From the NCBI GenBank assembly GCA_002269645.1, contig NIVC01004445.1:1-45707 (forward strand): 45,707 nucleotides of DNA. Reading direction: 5' to 3'. The position numbers and the translations under genes are program-made. The stretch is from Macrostomum lignano. Lineage: Eukaryota. Below the pieces are notes generated by a model. The model saw only the letters and a list, made by a program, of their open reading frames with translations, made no database searches and was not told the DNA's origin. Shown piece by piece: positions 1-18,132 of this stretch (positions are counted from its first letter, which is position 1; the number at the start of each line of letters is the position of its first letter).

Positions 1-299
1 GCGGGACTCCTCAGCGGTAAATTTTTGACCAAGATATGAGCAGTGGCGCTCGACTGGAGGCTGCTAATGCGGTGGCCTCCGAATCTTTGTCCAAGTCAGT
101 CTCCAAACTCTGTAGGTAGACCTTATGGCTGTCGTTGGAGAGGGCTAATGGTATAGTGGCCTCTTGAACATCATCATTTAGGCTGGTCTCTTTGAAGTGA
201 CAATAGAGCGTCGGCTTTGGTGTGGTCAGTACCTTTGTGATGGGAGATGGTGAACTGAAATTCGCTGATCCTCTGGACCCATCAACCTAGAATCCCTGT

Positions 300-1500
300 A
301 GATTCTGTCTGACGTAACAGCCAGAGCAAGACCTTATGGTCACTTCTTCAAATTTCTTTCCTATTTAGTATTCTCGAAAGTGTCGCATGTCATCGACAAT
401 TCCTAGTAGGTCCTGCTTGTTGACCATGTAGCGAACTTCTGGGTCACAGAGCTTGGAACTGAAGAATGCAATCGGCATTCTATTCCATCGGATTGCAGTT
501 GTCCTAGACATGCTCCGATTCAGGTGTTGGATGCGTTTGTATCCAGGATGAACTTGGCCTTTGGATCCTCATTGAACTGCGAGTACTTCAGTTGAGCATA
601 GCTTGCTCTTCAGAGTCTCAAAGGCAGTCTTATGCTGCTGCGTCCAATGACGCTAGAATCCTTGCAGGTCCTTGCGTTCAATGCGTGTAACGGGGCAGCA
701 ATGCCCAAATAATCCTTGACAAACTTCTGTAGTAATTGGCAAGACCAAGAAAGCTTTGTAGTTGACGAACAGTCCAAGGTGTTGGCCAACTGCGTATCTG
801 CGCAATCTTGTATTTACTGGTTCGTAGGCCTTCTGGCCTACCTAATCACGTGGCCTAGATAATGGAGGTCCTTCTTAAATAAATGGCATTTATTCGGTTT
901 TAGCTTCAAGTTGGCGGCTATAATTCGATTTAGGATTTGTTGTAGACGGTCTAAGTGATCTTTGAATGTCACTGCATGTACAACGATATCGTCCATGTAA
1001 CCAAACGTGGCCTGCGGTGCTAATCCATTGAGCAGTTGGTTGATACAATGCTGGAATGATTGGGGCTGTCAGTGGGTCCCATTAGTAGCACCTTAAAGCA
1101 GAATTGTCCACAATCGAGCACAGAGAAAGCAGTGATGTCCTGGTCTTCTTCGCGGAAAAGGATCTGGTAGAAGCCTTGTACAAGGTCGAGGCTTGAATGC
1201 CACTGCGCTTCTCTTAGTTTGGCGAAAGTTTCCTGAATGTGCAGGATTGGATACGGGTGCTTCAGCGTCACTTCGTTGATTGCTCTGAAGTCGTGCACAA
1301 TGCGAATCGTCTTGTCCTTCTTTGGTATTAGGAGCATTGGCGAGTTGTAACTGGAGTAAGTCAGTCGTATAATGCCCTTCTTCAGCATATCATTGAGCAT
1401 CTGATCCAGTTGCGGTCATAGGTGAAAAGGTATCCGGCGAGGAGGAATCGCGATTTGCGTCGAGTCTATGAGCACAATCTCATGAGTTACTAGGTGCGTC
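300..1500 (-). pseudogene. pol: Reverse transcriptase and RNase H of the Gypsy pol, interrupted
   Basis: ORF 1020-1400 holds the RT N-half. A 1-nt frameshift near 1058 restores FQHCINQLLNGLAPQATFGYMDDIVVH. Thumb WPTPWTVRQLQSFLGLANYY and RNase H at about 310-560 follow. Confidence 0.92.
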
Positions 1501-1642
1501 AGTCTGTGGTACAACGGAGTTAGGGAGAATGCCGTCTTGCATTCTTTGAGTAAATCCTGGACCTGGTGCCTCTAGTGGCTGTTCAGCTGGTCTCCGATGG
1601 CGACTTCATTAATCCAACTGGTAGTCGTCTCTTCAGCCATTA

Positions 1643-2420
1643 TCAGTTGACATACTTCTGGCTCGTCGACTTGCTGAAGTACTCGAGGTCCTGGGTCTTG
1701 AGTGGTGTAGCTACTCCCATTAGCATGTTGCGACGCAAGTGAACCTCTGTATCTGATGGGTTGAGTACTTCCATCACTCCTCGACTTTCTGTCATCGTAT
1801 GCAGGACCAGGGCTGCGTCTAACTGGTGATGCTTTACTCGTAGTCCTGATTTGAGTGGTTCGATAATCATCGGTGAACCGTAGTTCTGCTGTTGACCTTC
1901 GGCTAGCTTAATGGCGATGAGGCAGGAACATTGGGGCAGCAGAGTGCATTTTTCAGCAATATACACTCGGCAGGCCTTCAGTTCTCTCCTTGAATAGCAT
2001 ACTGGAAGTCGGGTGCCTTGTTGGAATGTAAGCATTCCTTGCTGGAAGTCCAGTCCTTGGCAATGACTCCGCATGAAATCAATTCCTAGAAGATTTCCAG
2101 TCTCTTTCGGCGGCAAAGAATTCGGTTTCCACGAATTAATCCCCAAATTCAACTGATAGGATAACTTTGGTGGCGAGACTTAACTCAGTCCCATCATACA
2201 TAGTGACTCAGTTAGGGTAAGCAGGTGTGACTATACAACGTGGTGAACGACGGCTAATGGTGGTCTAAGTAGACGCTCCAAGGAATTTCTTCTGCTTCCG
2301 CTGTCTAGCAGAAAGGCGACCTCTTGTCAAGCCACTCATCCAGTAATAAATGGATCGGCGTCATGCGCATGGACTGTATTTACAAAAGAGGCATCCAGAA
2401 AACCTCCATCAACTGATTCT
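1643..2420 (-). pseudogene. Retrotransposon aspartic protease plus spacer (dUTPase-like fold not established)
   Basis: FITG*VA*QEVAFLLDSGSRRNS motif, followed downstream by LLGIDFM, typical of retropepsin ends. Stops and frameshifts present. Confidence 0.8.
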
Positions 2421-2424
2421 TTGA

Positions 2425-3495
2425 TTACTGACAACTTGGACAAGTCAGCTGCTGCGGCTGCGGGGCCATACTCTTCCGGGGCGTGTTCGGTGTCAGCTGC
2501 ATAGCCTGGGCTGGAGCTTGGGGGGTGTTGCCATTTACGTCCTCTGGCTGGCTGTTTCCCATAAACTGCTGAGTTGATTGATGTCTGTGCGGACAATCTC
2601 TTGCCTTGTGTCCTTCTTGATGACACTCATAGCATGTGTAGTGTGGTGGTCGGTTTGCTTGACTGGTCATTTGATTGGCTGTGGCCTGCTGTGCCATCGT
2701 GTTGAGTAGATGCTGCTGCTGCTGCATCATTGCAGCTTGTTGCTTAATGACTTTTTCCAACTTCTTGAGGGTGCTGTTGTTGGGCTCCTTTGAGGCTTGT
2801 CCCTCCCCGTCCAACATTCTGACTGGGGGCTCTTTCAAACAATGAGCCAGGTCTTTAGCTAGTTCCATCCTCTCTAGTGCTTGCATGGCTTCGCTGAGTG
2901 TCCGAGGTTGGATCCAGAAAAGCTTTTTGCGGCAGTCTGATGACATGCAAATCCCACAAAGGAACTGGTCAATCAGTTATTGCTCTAGATGGCGAGGCTC
3001 AAGCCAAGGGAAGGCTTGTTCTCCTAGCTCCTGCAGAGCATCTGCGTAATCTTCAGTTGACTCATTCTTGCGCTGGCTGCAGCCTCTGAATTCTTCTCAA
3101 TACTCATCAGGTCCTGAGAGTTGTGCGAATTTCTCTATTAGTCATTGCTGAAGCTGTTTATAGGTGATGCAGTCGGGCAGCCTCATGCAAAGTACCACAG
3201 GCACAGCCTACTGGGTCCCATAGCGGCTAGTTGATGCCATCATGTCTCGGTATCGCGCGGCTTTGGTGACGGAGGGTCGCCTGTCCGAACTTTTTTTAAA
3301 ACTTGGTCAGGATTGCTACAGGGCGACACATTAGCATCATTCCTCTTCGTTTTGCTTCTTGACTGGGTGCTCCAGAATGCACTCCCCTCAGCAGGCACGG
3401 CTTCGGCTTCCTGCTACGCAGACGCATCGGTCGCCGCTACAACAAGATGCACTTGACCCTACTGCGCTATTCTGACGACCTTGTCCTCGTGCCAT
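2425..3495 (-). pseudogene. gag: Retrotransposon gag with zinc knuckle, interrupted
   Basis: Candidate ATG at 3495. Reads ...YKQLQQ*LIEKF...EY*EEFRGCSQRKNESTEDYADALQELGEQAFP...LEQ*LIDQFLCG...QPRTLSEAMQALERMELAK...CYECHQEGHKARDC, with in-frame stops. Confidence 0.85.
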
Positions 3496-3831
3496 TTAAA
3501 TTTATACTTGAAATATTTAAATATTAAATAGATGAAAGACCAAAAATCTAGCTAGTAGATTGTCATATTGTATTATTTACCAAGTTTTAGTAGCAGTGTT
3601 TATTATGGTACCTGTATGCAAACTATCTTGACATGTTTAAGAGTAACGGTCCATACTTTTACTCAAGTATTCTGTTAGAATCCCAGAACTAATTTAAAAT
3701 TTTCAGAGTCCATCTTAGCACTCCAATATTTATCTCAGCTGCCCAACACCATCAAAGGCCACTTTAATATTCAGAGTTTCAATCTAGCATTCTAGAATTC
3801 TCTTAGTTGTCTAGAATCAATCTTTCCACCA

Positions 3832-4223
3832 TGTCACTCCAAAGTCCCTTTGTCAGTTGTCACTCCAGAATCCACCTCACCTTATCACTCCAGAGGTCAC
3901 CTTGTCACTCCAGAGTTCATTTCGTCACCACAGAGTCCACCTATGGACAAGCATTCGCCTTGTAAATAAGCAAGCAAGATTAAACAGCCTGGCAAATTCC
4001 GGTCTATCTTTGTGCTATGCGGGTCTGTTGCGCGGACTTCAACGCAGAATCTTTAGCTTTGTGTGCATCGTGTGGTACTTTAAGTCATAGTTTGATGTCC
4101 GCTTAGCAACGAGAATATTGTACACCGGGTCTATTGGAAGCAACCAATTTTCAAATTTTCAGTAATATTAATCTTTTACCAAAGTATATCCTTTCTAGAT
4201 CTGCTAAGAAAACTTGTGCAACA
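3832..4223 (-). repeat. Candidate 5' LTR of the Gypsy element
   Basis: On the minus strand it starts TGTTGCAC (4223), ends GTGACA (3832) and is immediately followed by TGGTGG (PBS-like start), about 330 bp upstream of gag. The partner LTR is outside the window so it cannot be verified, and the PBS match to a tRNA is short. Confidence 0.35.
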
Positions 4224-4265
4224 CCAAAAATACTAGCGAACACCCATCAAAAAACTCAAAATATC

Positions 4266-4353
4266 AGAAACCCAAAATATCATGACTCCGAAAACCAATG
4301 TAGCCTTGGGTAACGTTGCTAGCACTTTCGGAGTCATGATATTTCGGGTTTGT
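4266..4353. repeat. 28-bp imperfect inverted repeat (19-bp perfect core) with further short direct repeats to ~4412; MITE/DNA-transposon-like fragment
   Basis: AAATATCATGACTCCGAAA (4275-4293) is the exact reverse complement of 4326-4344; arms extend to 4266-4293 and 4326-4353. Confidence 0.75.
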
Positions 4354-4776
4354 GATAATTCGGGTTTATAATGGTAGTGCTTTCGGAGTTGTGATATTTT
4401 GGGTTTGTAATGCCCCCCCCCCAATTTAAAGATAGAAAGGACAGAATGTATTCTATATTAAGAATAGATGATATGAAAGAGCAAGTGGGAAGGTAGAAGG
4501 AAACATGAGACGAGTTTAGCTGCACCCTCTCTCTCTCTCTCTCTGTGTTTTTCTGACAGTTAGGTCTATTTTTACCTCATCGATATATTTCCTAATAGGG
4601 AGTTGAATGTACGCTGGGCTCTCTGCAGTTTCTGCCTGTCCAATGCGCACACAGCTTAGGAGAGAGAGATGAACTAGGAGAAGCGTGGCATAGAAGCAGG
4701 TGCAGCTATGTTTCAGATCCTATTTTTAGCTCCCAAAATGCCTAGCCTATAAGTTCAATCTTTCTGCTCAGTGTTA

Positions 4777-4790
4777 GTCGCCCTGGCAAC
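4777..4790. promoter_or_regulatory. Candidate RFX X-box
   Basis: GTCGCC-CT-GGCAAC fits GTNRCC(N0-3)RGYAAC and lies about 1.25 kb upstream of the ATG at 6042. Motif match only. Confidence 0.3.
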
Positions 4791-5437
4791 TAAACCTGAC
4801 TATACTAGCTAGATACAGCTTTTGAAAAAGAAACTTGCTCGTCCGTCTATTATTCAAGCAAGAAGTTGCCCTGCACAAGCAAATTCGTTTCAGCTGTAAA
4901 AAACGAAATAATTAAAAAAATCTTCTAGAACCATTAGTGGTGAGTGCGGTTTGTGTAATGATTCTGTGTATTATTTTATTAATGCAACCCTTGGTTTAAG
5001 TTTAAGTTTAAGTTTTGTATGGATGGAGTTGAATGTATGTAATGGGGGGGGGGGTAGCCATCCCGCTGAGGACGGAGGTCAGATGCTACTTTGTCACTCT
5101 TACATTTTGGAGCTAATGCCTTTTCTTTGGTGCTAAATTGGCGCCAAAACCTTTCCAGTAGCACTGGATTGGCGCTAAAACTTTCCGTGGCGCTAAATTA
5201 GCGTCAAAATTATTTTAAAGACCTTAATCTCTTTGCTAAAACGCTAAACTGATACCAAGCTGTTTGTCAGTGAGTAAGACTCTTAATTTCTGTCAAAACT
5301 ATTTCTTAGTACTGGTTTCAAGTATCGAAATTTTCATTAAGTTTCAACCACGTATTTGTCGAGAGGTTTTTTGTGTATTTTATTTTGAAAATGAATTGTT
5401 TCTCTTTCTGGTTCTAAATTAGATTAAGGAAAGACTG

Positions 5438-5559
5438 TCAGGCAGACAGACTGACAGACAGACAGGCAGACAGACAGGCAGACAGACAGACAGACAGACA
5501 GGCAGGCAGGCAGGCAGGCAGGCAGACAGACAGACAGGCAGGCAGGCAGGCAGGCAGAC
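5438..5559. repeat. (CAGA/CAGG)n microsatellite
   Basis: Direct inspection. Confidence 0.95.
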
Positions 5560-6041
5560 TCTTTGAACGGTAGACAAATAGATAGACTGACAGACAATTC
5601 GCTGTCGCCATACTGTATCAAAATTGATAGAAAATGTAAGTTGCGAAGTCAATCCGAAGCCATCAAGCCACAAATTGTATCGAGGCGCAAGAATCCGCCG
5701 GTTAAATTTGTAGCTTATGTTTTTTCTAGCATTTTTATTGTCTAATATTTATAGCACTCCTGAAGTTGTGAAATTTTGTCAAGGATGTCCTGTTTTCGAA
5801 TTGATACAAAGTTAGCAGTAGCATGTTGATAGACAGCTGCGTTTTAAAGAATTAAAACACCTTCGCTACAATGATTGCAGATATTTTCCATCAGGCGATA
5901 CGGCTGTGCTTAGATCATGTAAAGAATAATCGTTGTAGAAGAAATAAAACAAAGTTTATTGCTTGTTATAATTCGAATATACCCGGTTCGTTTAAAAGCT
6001 TGTTGGAGTTCGTTACCAAGATTTCAAGCTCGTGTGCAATA

Positions 6042-13134
<7,093 letters not shown>

Positions 13135-13244
13135 GTGAGTAGATGTGCTTTTTTTGGTTGCGTCTGTGTGCCAGTGCGACACTTCATCATTTCCAAAATC
13201 ATATAAAATTAGTTACTCGATTGCTAAATTGAATTTCTTTCCTT

Positions 13245-13690
13245 TCCTGTCTACCCTCTCTCCCTGTACCCTCCTTCTCTACCCTATCTACCCTCCCTCT
13301 CTACCCTCTCTCCCTCTACCCTCCCTCTCTACTCTTTTCTACTTTCTTTTCTCTCCCTACCATCTCTCTTCCTCTACCCTCTACCCTCTCTCCCTCAACC
13401 TTCTGCCTCTCTCCTTACGTAGTCTCTCTCCCTTTCTCCCTCTCTACTCTCTCTCTCCCTCTACCTCCCTCTCTACCCTCCCTCTCTACCCTCCCTCTCT
13501 ACCCTCTCCCTCTACCCTCCCTCTCTACCCTCCCTCTCTACCCTCTCCCTCTACCCTCTCTCCCTCTACTCTCTCCCTCTCCCTCTCTACCCTCTCCCTC
13601 TCCACCTTCCCTCTCTACCCTCTCCCTTTCTACCCTGTCCCTCTCTTTCTCCATGTCTACTTTCCCTCCCTTTCCCTCTCTACCATCTCC
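13245..13690. repeat. Pyrimidine-rich low-complexity repeat (CTCTACCCTCCCT-like)
   Basis: Direct inspection. Confidence 0.9.
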
Positions 13691-14424
13691 CTTTCTACAG
13701 TTTAAAAAAATTTCCTTTCTGTCATTCTATTTCCCCCCTAAAATCTCCCTCACAGCAGTCTATCCTTTCTCTATCTTTCCACTCTCCCCCCTCTTCGTGT
13801 TCTCGGAAACTTTTAGAATCTCGGGGACACTTCTGTCCTCAATAGAGCTCCAATTGGCAACCCTGAAGCGCCTCTCCACCCTCCCTCCATCCAGTGCAAA
13901 GGCGTTCAACTACGATTCTTCGTCTCGAGTCTCATTCTTTCTTGAGCAGAAAAATCTCTTACACTTTCTCGCCCTCGCCCTCGCCCTCGCCTTCGCAGGC
14001 ACGCACGCCCGTGCACACAGCCTGTTCAGCATCGCCCTGATTGCCCTGAGCTCCTCCCCGGCTCCTCTATATCGGGGATGGGAAAGGGAAACTAGGCTAC
14101 AAGTCTACGCATCCCGAGCTAGAAGCTCTGTCTCCCCTCTCCCCTCCCCTCTCCCCTCTCTCTCTCCCCTCTTCCTCTTGAGAAGTTCAGCTCGCCGACT
14201 AGAAGCGGCCCTAATGAGTAGGAGGGGGAGGGGGGAGTGATGGAGAAGACAAGAAATGCAGAAGCCTAAAAAAAGCCTTTCCCAAACTCCAAACTCCTCA
14301 TCCTCCTCCAGCGGCAACCGAGTTTCTCAAGTGTCCCCCATATAGTTTGCTAGCTGTAATAGTTTAATACTATCTCACGCTTCAACTCTTCCTTGCTAGC
14401 CTTATCTATACGAAAATCGGATAA

Positions 14425-15110
14425 GATGGGAGACGAGATGAAGGGAGGCTGAGACGAGATAAAGGGCGGCTGAGAGAATCCGATGAGATGAAGGGAGGCT
14501 GAGAGAGGAGATGAATGAAGTATGAGAGAAAGGAGATGAAGGGAGGCTGAGACGAGATAAGGGCGGCTGGAAGAGAAGTGAAGGGCGGCTGAGAGAATTC
14601 GATGAGATGAAGGGAGGCTGAGAGAATCCGATGAGATGAAGGGAGGCTGAGAGAATCCCATGAGATGAAGGGAGGCTGAGAGAGGAGATGAAGGCAGACA
14701 GGAGATGATGGGAGGCTGAGAGAATCCGATGAGATGAAGGGAGGCTGAGAGAATCCCATGAGATGAAGGAAGGCTGAGAGAGGAGATGAAGGCAGACAGG
14801 AGATGATGGGAGGCTGAGAGAATCCGATGAGATAAAGGGAGGCGGAGAGAGGAGATAAAGGCAGACAGAGAGGAGATAAAGGGAGGCTGAGAGAGGAGAT
14901 GAAGGCAGACAGGAGATAAAGGGAGGCTGAGAGAATCCCATGAGATGAAGGAAGGGAGGCTGAGAGAGGAGATGAAGGCAAACAGAGAGGAGATGAAGGG
15001 AGGCTGAGAGAGAAGATGAAGGCAGACAGAAAAGAGATAAAGGGAGGCTGAGAGAAGAGATAGAGGCCTGAGAAAAGAGATGAAGGGAGTTTGAGAGAAG
15101 AGATGAAAGG
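14425..15110. repeat. Minisatellite, core GAGATGAAGGGAGGCTGAGAGAATCC; related to the 10.1-12.5 kb array
   Basis: Shares GATGAAGGGAGGCTG(A/G)GAGAA with the larger array. Confidence 0.92.
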
Positions 15111-15660
15111 AGGCAGAGGGAGTTGTCTTATGCTGTGTATAATAGAAAATAAAATAATCCTAATTTCAATTTTGTATAGATTTTCAGTGAGTACACAAAT
15201 TTCTATGCATCAATGTGCGGGAGTTTATATGTATGCAGTATTTATACGAGTATATAATTGTAAGATGGCGTGACTGACCAACTACGCCCATATCTAGAAC
15301 TCTAGAAGTCAGTTGGTTCTCTACTGATTTGATTAGTTTGTACCTCCTTGCCTCTGCCTAAATCCTGATGTAGTATGTGGATGGTTGGATAAACCTGATA
15401 CGGTTCTTGTTTAGCTGGCTGGTGGGCTGACTGCCGCACACACTCCTGATCTATCTATGCTCCGCGCCGAGGGCTAACACTGCAGATTGAAGTGTTGGAG
15501 CAAACTTTTATTATATGTGCATCTACTAAAGTTAGATTCATTTCCAGTGTTGCTCTGCGCAAGAGGGGGATAGAAGAAATTCAGAGTTGCAGAATACATA
15601 AAGTGGGAAGAAAGGAGAAGAGTGACGAAAAAGAGAAAAAACAAGGAGTTGACAAAATTA

Positions 15661-16095
15661 AGAGAGTGACAGATTATGGAGTAAGTGAGTGACAGATAAT
15701 GGAGATAGAGAGTGACAGGATGAATATAGTGGGCGACAGAGGATAGAGATAGAGTGACAGAATGGAGATAGAGAGTGACAGATTGTGGATATAGAGAGTG
15801 ACAGAGGATGGAGATAGAGAGTGATAGAGAATTGAGATAGAGAGTGACAGATGATGGAGATAGAGTGACAGATTATGGATATAGAGAGTGACAGAGGATG
15901 GAGAAATGTATGGAGATAGAGTGACAGATGATGGAGATAGAGTGACAGATGATGGAGATAGAATGACAGATGATGGAGATAGAGAGTGACAGAGAATGGA
16001 GATAGAGAGTGACAGAGAATGGAGATAGAGAGTGACAGGATGGAGATAGAGTGACAGATTATGGATATAGAGAGTGACAGAGGATGGAGAAATGT
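15661..16095. repeat. Degenerate GAGTGACAGA..ATGGAGATAGA minisatellite
   Basis: Direct inspection. Confidence 0.88.
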
Positions 16096-17211
16096 AAAAA
16101 ACTCACACTGCAGACAGTAATTGAAAAAATGATGAACTGCCGAAAATTCCTACTCAAATATCAGAGATAGGAAATATGGGTAAATAATGTTGCAGTTTTG
16201 GCCTCAATAGCTAGACACTCGGGGAATAAAATTACAAAGGAATTTTATTACAAATCTGCAGTAAAATGGTCGTTAAGATGAGCCTTTTTAGAGTCTGTTC
16301 CTCCATAGCCGGGTAGACTGAAACATTTTTTTTCTGTAGCGATTTAACGAGCGGATTAAGCAATGCCAATAAAATTATTAGCAGTAGAGATCAAGCTAAA
16401 CGAGGGGTGATACGAGATGGATAGAGATAAGGGAAAGGAGGAGATGTAAGACAGGGTAATAATGCGAGATAAAGAGAGATGTAGATAGGAGGAGATAGAG
16501 AGGGACATTGAGATGCAGATAATGGGAGATAGAGAGGGAGATAGAGAGGAAGATTGAGGAAGATAATGACAGAAATATAGAGAGATGTAAGAGAGAGATA
16601 GATTAAGAGAAGTAGATAGGAGTCTGGAAGCTAGTGAGAGGGAGAGGCCAGCTACCAGAGGCCGCAGATCCCAGTCTTAGTAGTCTGATTTTTAGCTGCA
16701 GGCTGCCTCCTCCCATTCCCAGCGCCATCCATCCCTACTTACTCTGACGTTAACTTGAGCTGCAGCCGGATTTTGTATTAGAGGGTTTGGAATGATGATT
16801 CTGCGAAATAATACTCATTTCATCTCAGCGGAGGCGGCAAGAGGCGTCGATATCCATCGCGACAAGAAACCTGATCCGACATTAGCTCGAATGAATGCTT
16901 GAAGCAAAGGCCGGCAGGATTTTCTGATTCATATATACGATCTTCAGCCTTGTTTTGCGTCAGAGCAGATGCCCGGGCAGGCAATGCAGAAGATGGAAAG
17001 CTCTCTCTCTCTCTCTCATTCGGAGATGCTGGTTTGGCGAGAGAGAAATCTGCGCTTCCTCTGACGTCAAGATTTTTTTCTCAATTCCGTTGATTAAATT
17101 GCCAATCGCCATTTTTGTGTAGGCATTGCCTGGTGTTGGCAATGCGATTTGGATGGGGCCTCCCACTGCCCCTCATCTTTTTCCTGACTTCCGTTCTTGA
17201 CTTTTTCCTTT

Positions 17212-18007
17212 CTCATCTAATCTCATCCTACATCTCTAGTCTCATCCTACAATTCTAGTCTCATCCTACATCTCTTGTCTTATCTTACATCTCTAGTCTC
17301 ATCCTACATCTCAAGTCTCATCCTACAATTCTAGTCTCATCCTACATCTCTAGTCTCATCCTACATCTCAAGTCTCATCCTACAATTCTAGTCTTATCTT
17401 ACATCTCTAGTCTCATCCTACATCCCAAGTCTCACCCTACAATTCTAGTCTCATCCTACATCTCTAGTCTCGTCCTACATCTCTAGTCTCATCTTATATT
17501 TCTACACCTCTTTTTTTATTAGAGACAGGGGGGTTGTGTGCACCCTGGCGCACTTTAAGCGACATCAACACACAACCGGTGAGAGGCATTACTGCCCACT
17601 CCGCCGACTCCCCTGAGCAGGCACACAAGCGCGCGGATACGTACGCAGTCATACGCACAGGCACTCACTCACACAGGAGTGTACAGCGGCCCTAACTTTA
17701 TTTATCGTTAGGCATGTCACTTCACTGCGCCTTGGGGGTTGGCTCTCAGGGCCGTTAATTGCACGACCAGAGCCAAGCCGAGATTCCAATTCAGCCCCAA
17801 ATTAATGTGACTGCTCTTGGAATCGAGCCTGGGTCGCTGGCACACCAGAGCAGCGGCGCTACCGCTGGGCTACGGCCCCCCTTCTACACCTCTAGTCTCA
17901 CCCTACAATTCTAATCTTATCTTAAATTTCTAGTCTCATATTACATCTCTAGTCTCATTCTAGACTTCTAATCTTTTATGTCATCCTACATTTTTAAGTT
18001 CATCCTA
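17212..18007. repeat. 19-bp minisatellite (TCTCATCCTACATCTCTAG)n, split by a SINE insertion
   Basis: Units run 17212-17510 and resume at 17882-18007. Confidence 0.9.
17512..17881 (-). mobile_element. tRNA-derived SINE, apparently full length, with target-site duplication
   Basis: Minus strand begins GGGGCCGTAGCCCAGCGG; A-box at 17862-17872, B-box GGCTCGATTCC at 17819-17829; ends AATAAAAAA. Flanked by the 12-bp direct repeat TTCTACACCTCT (17500-17511 and 17882-17893). A second copy is at 31.55-31.86 kb. Confidence 0.9.
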
Positions 18008-18132
18008 CGTGAGCAATTTAGTTTTTGACTGAACTCATGCATAAGCTGGCTTTTGTGAATTCATGCGAAAAATTTCTTTAAACAGACTTTTGATTATCAT
18101 GCGAGTAATTTGATTCTATGGTTTAAGAACAG

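Larger units (their letters stand above)
1..4223 (-). mobile_element. Degenerate Ty3/Gypsy LTR retrotransposon (gag-PR-RT-RNaseH order; integrase and 3' end lie outside the window)
   Basis: Minus-strand translation across frameshifts and stops gives a gag domain, CCHC knuckle CYECHQEGHKARDC (2593-2634), protease LLDSGS (DSG at 2297-2305), RT motifs (IRIVHDFRAINEVT, LDLVQGFYQI, YMDD at 988-999, YLGHVI) and RNase H (TNASNT*IGACLGQ, PIAFFSSKL, RSDHK). PR-RT-RH order with no integrase between PR and RT is Gypsy-type. The right boundary depends on the tentative LTR call. Confidence 0.93.

Noticed and set aside
3379-3400. Short similarity between gag sequence (ACTCCCCTCAGCAGGCAC) and the SINE body
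   Set aside because: Only about 17 nt with a mismatch and no flanking similarity; likely chance.
3826-3945. Direct repeats with variable spacers (CRISPR-like look)
   Set aside because: Repeats are only about 10 bp and degenerate, spacers are 10-16 nt and mutually similar, there are no cas genes, and the context is a eukaryotic retrotransposon.
14200-14345. Possible extra first exon (MQKPKKSLSQTPNSSSSSSGNRVSQ)
   Set aside because: Available GT donors are weak and phase 0, incompatible with the phase-1 acceptor at 18133.
17062-17069. Perfect CRE palindrome TGACGTCA
   Set aside because: A single 8-mer is expected by chance at roughly this frequency in 45 kb; no supporting context.
17819-17881. 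Possible tRNA gene (also 31793-31856)
   Set aside because: Has A/B boxes, but I could not fold a full cloverleaf or acceptor stem, and it continues into a shared body with an A-tail and TSD, so it is a SINE head.
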